A stretch of 64,000 bases of DNA, taken from NCBI GenBank assembly GCA_000091205.1, contig AP006496.2; one strand, written 5' to 3'. Below, in pieces: positions 61,050 through 64,000 of this stretch (its first letter is position 1; each line of letters opens with the position of its first letter). Both the position numbers and the translations under genes were made by a program. The notes under the pieces are model-generated. The model ran no database searches and was not told the origin of the DNA. It saw only the letters and a program-made list of their open reading frames with translations. The stretch is from Cyanidioschyzon merolae (taxonomy: Eukaryota).

Positions 61050-63410
61050 TCACAACCGAGGAAGCACTTCAATGCCGAGGAGGCGCAGGCCAGATTCCAC
61101 GACGTATCCAGTCAGCGCACAGAGCGCAAGCCGCGAATGCCGCACCGAGTCGTCCTCCGCACCCAGAACAGGGCAGTGCTCGTAGAACTGATTGAAGCGT
61201 TGCGAGAGCTCGAACAGATACTCGCAGAGCACGTGCGGCATAAGCTCCCGCTCCAGGTCCAGCAGAACGTACGGGAAGCGGAGCAGCTGCCGTGCGAGGG
61301 CCCCCTCAGCAGGCTCCGTGACGCACAGCAATAACTGCTGCTCTGAGGCACAGTTCGCAACCAGCTCCTGCATGCACACCTCCGCGTCTGCTGGGAGGCC
61401 GGCGGCTTTCCGCGCTATCCCGCTCACGCGCGTGAAGACATACATCATATACGGAGCTGTATTCCCGTTCAGCGAGAGCATCTTCTCGTAGCTGAATCGG
61501 TAATCCGCTGTACGTGTTGTGCGTAGGTCCGCATACTTGACAGCCCCAATACCGATAGCCCGCGCTGCCCGCTCTAGGTACTCGGGCGACTCTGTGCGTC
61601 CCGGCTGCTCAGCGATTCGCTGCTCGAGATCGTGACGTGCCAGCTCGATAGCTCGCTCGAGCAGGTCCATCAGACGCACCGTGTCTCCGGATCGGGTCTT
61701 GAACTTCTTGCCGTCGTCCCCGAGAACGAGGCCAAAGGGGACATGCTCCAGCGAGACTTCCGCGGGGTCGAAGAACCCCGCTCGACGAGCGACCTGGAAA
61801 ACCTGAGCGAAATGCGTCGCCTGTCCCGCATCCGTTACATAGAGAATTCGCTGCGCACGATCCTCCTGGACGCGGTATAGAATTGCCGCCAGGTCCGTTG
61901 TCGAGTACATGTAGCCACCGTCGCTCTTCCGAACGATGAGCGGCTGCGGAGAGCCATCCCGATTCTTGAAGCCCTCCAGGAACACGCACAATGCGCCCTG
62001 GTCGACCTGCACCAGTCCTTTTCGCTCGAGGCGTTCAATCACATCGGGCAGATATGGGTTGTAGAAGGACTCGCCACGTTCCGTCAGCTGCACATCGAGA
62101 AGCTGGTATATTTTTTCAAACTCCCGGCGCGAAAGCTCGCAAAGGAGGCGCCACGCCCGCAACGACGCCTCGTCACCGGACTGCAGCTTCGTGACTTGAG
62201 CTCGTGCCGCATTCTGGAAGACTGGGTCTTCGTCGAAACGCTTTTTCGCCTGCTTATAAAATGCTACAAGGTCCCCGAGGTCCGGTGGACGCTCTCCGGT
62301 GAGCGCTTCGGGGGCCACCTCTGCGAGGTACGCGATCAACATCCCGAACTGCGTGCCCCAGTCGCCAACATGGTTCAAGCGTATCACCGTGTGGCCCAGG
62401 TATTCCAGCACCCGGCACAACGTGTCCCCGATAATCGTACTTCGGAGATGCCCCACATGCATTTCCTTCGCAATATTCGGCGAAGAAAAGTCCACGACGA
62501 TACGCTGCAGTTTCGGCGGCTCAGGAACGTTGAGCTTACCACGCGGGTCGCTCATCATCTGTCGTATGACAGAGGCCAGGTAGCCATCGCTCAGCCGAAA
62601 GTTCACAAAGCCCGGGCCCGCCACCTCCAGTGGGGTCGCGCACATGCCCGCAACTTTCTGCTCTAGGCCGACCCGCAGACGCTCCGCAACGTCTCGCGGT
62701 TTGCTTTTGAGTTGTCGCGCGAGACTCATGGCGACATTGCACTGGAAGTCACCAAACTCCGGACGCGACGAAAAGACGACCATCGGATCGACAACCTCGG
62801 GGAGCGCATCCCCGTACTCCTTAGAAAGGACCTCAATAACGCTACGCCGCAGATACTCTAACGGCCCCAAGCGGTACGACTCGGCTGGGGCGTCTGGCGC
62901 CATCCCCGCCAAACCGGCGGAATGCTTCACCTCTCGCGCCATGCGCAGGTTGACGGGACCTTCTAGACGTCGCACCTGCTTTCGAAACGGCCCACCGCGC
63001 GCACCGACACCAAAGCACTGATCCAGAGTCCTGCGCCCGGCTCGAGCACTGATCAGCGACCTCAGCCCGCTATGACGATAACAAACAGAAGCAGCTCTCC
63101 CTCTGCAATAAAGACTTGTCGGATGTCGCCGTGCTGACGCTCGAGTAGCTTCACAGGCAAACCCAAGCGTGCGTTGCATGCACAGATCTGCCGATGCTTC
63201 ACCAAGCGTACACGCGTTCCGGTTAAACGTCTGTTCCGCTGCTGGTCTCTTTCGGATAAGGTGCTTGCACGCGAACGTCTCACAAGTCGTGGCTTCACAG
63301 CGCCCGTGCAGCGACGTACGTCGGCGGTACAAGTCGACGGCCACCGGCCAGCGCAACTGCACTGTCGCCGTCGATCTCAGGGCGATGCCTCCTCGAGCAG
63401 TTTCTTTCAT
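61050..63410 (-). CDS. ArgRS: Arginyl-tRNA synthetase (class I), with a probable real start at 62942 or an N-terminal organellar presequence
   Basis: The HIGH motif HVGHLRSTIIGD, the ArgRS N-terminal additional domain (LEYLRRSVIEVLSKEYG), and a C-terminal DALR anticodon-binding region are present. The 156 aa upstream of MAREVKHS are Arg/Cys-rich and poorly protein-like. Confidence 0.88.
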   Translation of the reverse strand: MKETARGGIALRSTATVQLRWPVAVDLYRRRTSLHGRCEATTCETFACKHLIRKRPAAEQTFNRNACTLGEASADLCMQRTLGFACEATRASARRHPTSLYCRGRAASVCYRHSGLRSLISARAGRRTLDQCFGVGARGGPFRKQVRRLEGPVNLRMAREVKHSAGLAGMAPDAPAESYRLGPLEYLRRSVIEVLSKEYGDALPEVVDPMVVFSSRPEFGDFQCNVAMSLARQLKSKPRDVAERLRVGLEQKVAGMCATPLEVAGPGFVNFRLSDGYLASVIRQMMSDPRGKLNVPEPPKLQRIVVDFSSPNIAKEMHVGHLRSTIIGDTLCRVLEYLGHTVIRLNHVGDWGTQFGMLIAYLAEVAPEALTGERPPDLGDLVAFYKQAKKRFDEDPVFQNAARAQVTKLQSGDEASLRAWRLLCELSRREFEKIYQLLDVQLTERGESFYNPYLPDVIERLERKGLVQVDQGALCVFLEGFKNRDGSPQPLIVRKSDGGYMYSTTDLAAILYRVQEDRAQRILYVTDAGQATHFAQVFQVARRAGFFDPAEVSLEHVPFGLVLGDDGKKFKTRSGDTVRLMDLLERAIELARHDLEQRIAEQPGRTESPEYLERAARAIGIGAVKYADLRTTRTADYRFSYEKMLSLNGNTAPYMMYVFTRVSGIARKAAGLPADAEVCMQELVANCASEQQLLLCVTEPAEGALARQLLRFPYVLLDLERELMPHVLCEYLFELSQRFNQFYEHCPVLGAEDDSVRHSRLALCALTGYVVESGLRLLGIEVLPRL

Positions 63411-63439
63411 CGATTACTTGCTTGACCGATAGATGGGGA

Positions 63440-64000
63440 TCAATGACGATAGATTGCATATGTAAGTGATAGATTCCGTATATCGGTTTGATAACCTACT
63501 GGCTAGGCTGATAGATTGTGATCAACGAGTATAGATTCCGTATATCCGTTCGATGCCCTACTGGCTAGGCTGATAGATTGTGATCAACGAGTATAGATTC
63601 CGTATATCCGTTTGATACCCGACTCGCTGGGCTGATAGATTGTGATCAACGAGTATAGATTCCGTATATCCGTTTGATGCCCTACTGGCTAGGCTGATAG
63701 ATTGTGATCAATGAGTATAGATTCCGTATATTCGTTTGATACCTTACTGGCTAGGCTGATAGATTGTGATCAACGAGTATAGATTCCGTATATCCGTTTG
63801 ATACCCTACTGGCTAGGCTGATAGATTGTGATCAATGAGTATAGATTCCGTATATCCGTTTGATGCCCTACTAGCTAGGCTGATAGATTGTGATCAATGA
63901 GTATAGATTCCGTATATCCGTTTGATGCCCTACTGGCTAGGCTGATAGATTGTGATCAACGAGTATAGATTCCGTATATCCGTTTGATACCCTACTGGCT
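63440..64000. repeat. 62-bp minisatellite, at least 9 copies, running to the window end (5' flank of ArgRS)
   Basis: ctggctaggctgatagattgtgatcaa(c/t)gagtatagattccgtatatccgtt(t/c)gat(g/a)ccctactgg repeats head-to-tail. Confidence 0.9.

Noticed and set aside
63440-64000. Regular 62-bp repeats that could superficially suggest a CRISPR array. The same applies to the other arrays.
   Set aside because: Units are contiguous head-to-tail with no unique spacers, the context is eukaryotic, and no cas genes are present. They are minisatellites.

Overview
This window reads as eukaryotic nuclear DNA of roughly 55-58% GC. It contains about 20 compact protein genes with no apparent introns, on both strands, separated by 1-3 kb intergenic regions that hold many minisatellite arrays. 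No prokaryotic operons, CRISPR arrays or rRNA genes were found, and no tRNA could be identified with confidence. The dominant feature is a core-histone locus. It has two near-identical H3/H4/H2A/H2B quartets in mutually inverted orientation (left about 30.5-38.5 kb, right about 49.9-57.5 kb). Within the right quartet the H3-H4 module and the H2A-H2B module are each flipped in place rather than the whole block being mirrored. The quartets are separated by an 11.4 kb unique segment carrying LSM12, ADF/cofilin, a SHAQKYF-type MYB, ribosomal protein uS3 and RIO2 kinase. A third, solo H3 copy (59998-60500) appears to be delimited at its 3' end by a hairpin. Other recognisable genes are N-carbamoylputrescine amidase, a PLATZ zinc-finger protein, organellar ribosomal protein bS15 with a presequence, an ABC1/ADCK kinase, a LisH-CTLH-WD40 protein, an FAD amine-oxidase-like protein, a Fed7-like 2Fe-2S ferredoxin fused to a DnaJ-type zinc finger, a transcription-type cyclin and arginyl-tRNA synthetase. 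PLATZ, SHAQKYF-MYB, the plant-type putrescine pathway and the Fed7-like ferredoxin together suggest an intron-poor, plastid-bearing algal lineage. A cyanidiophyte red alga with clustered histone genes would fit, but this cannot be confirmed from sequence alone. All protein identifications rest on my reading of conserved motifs; no database search was run.
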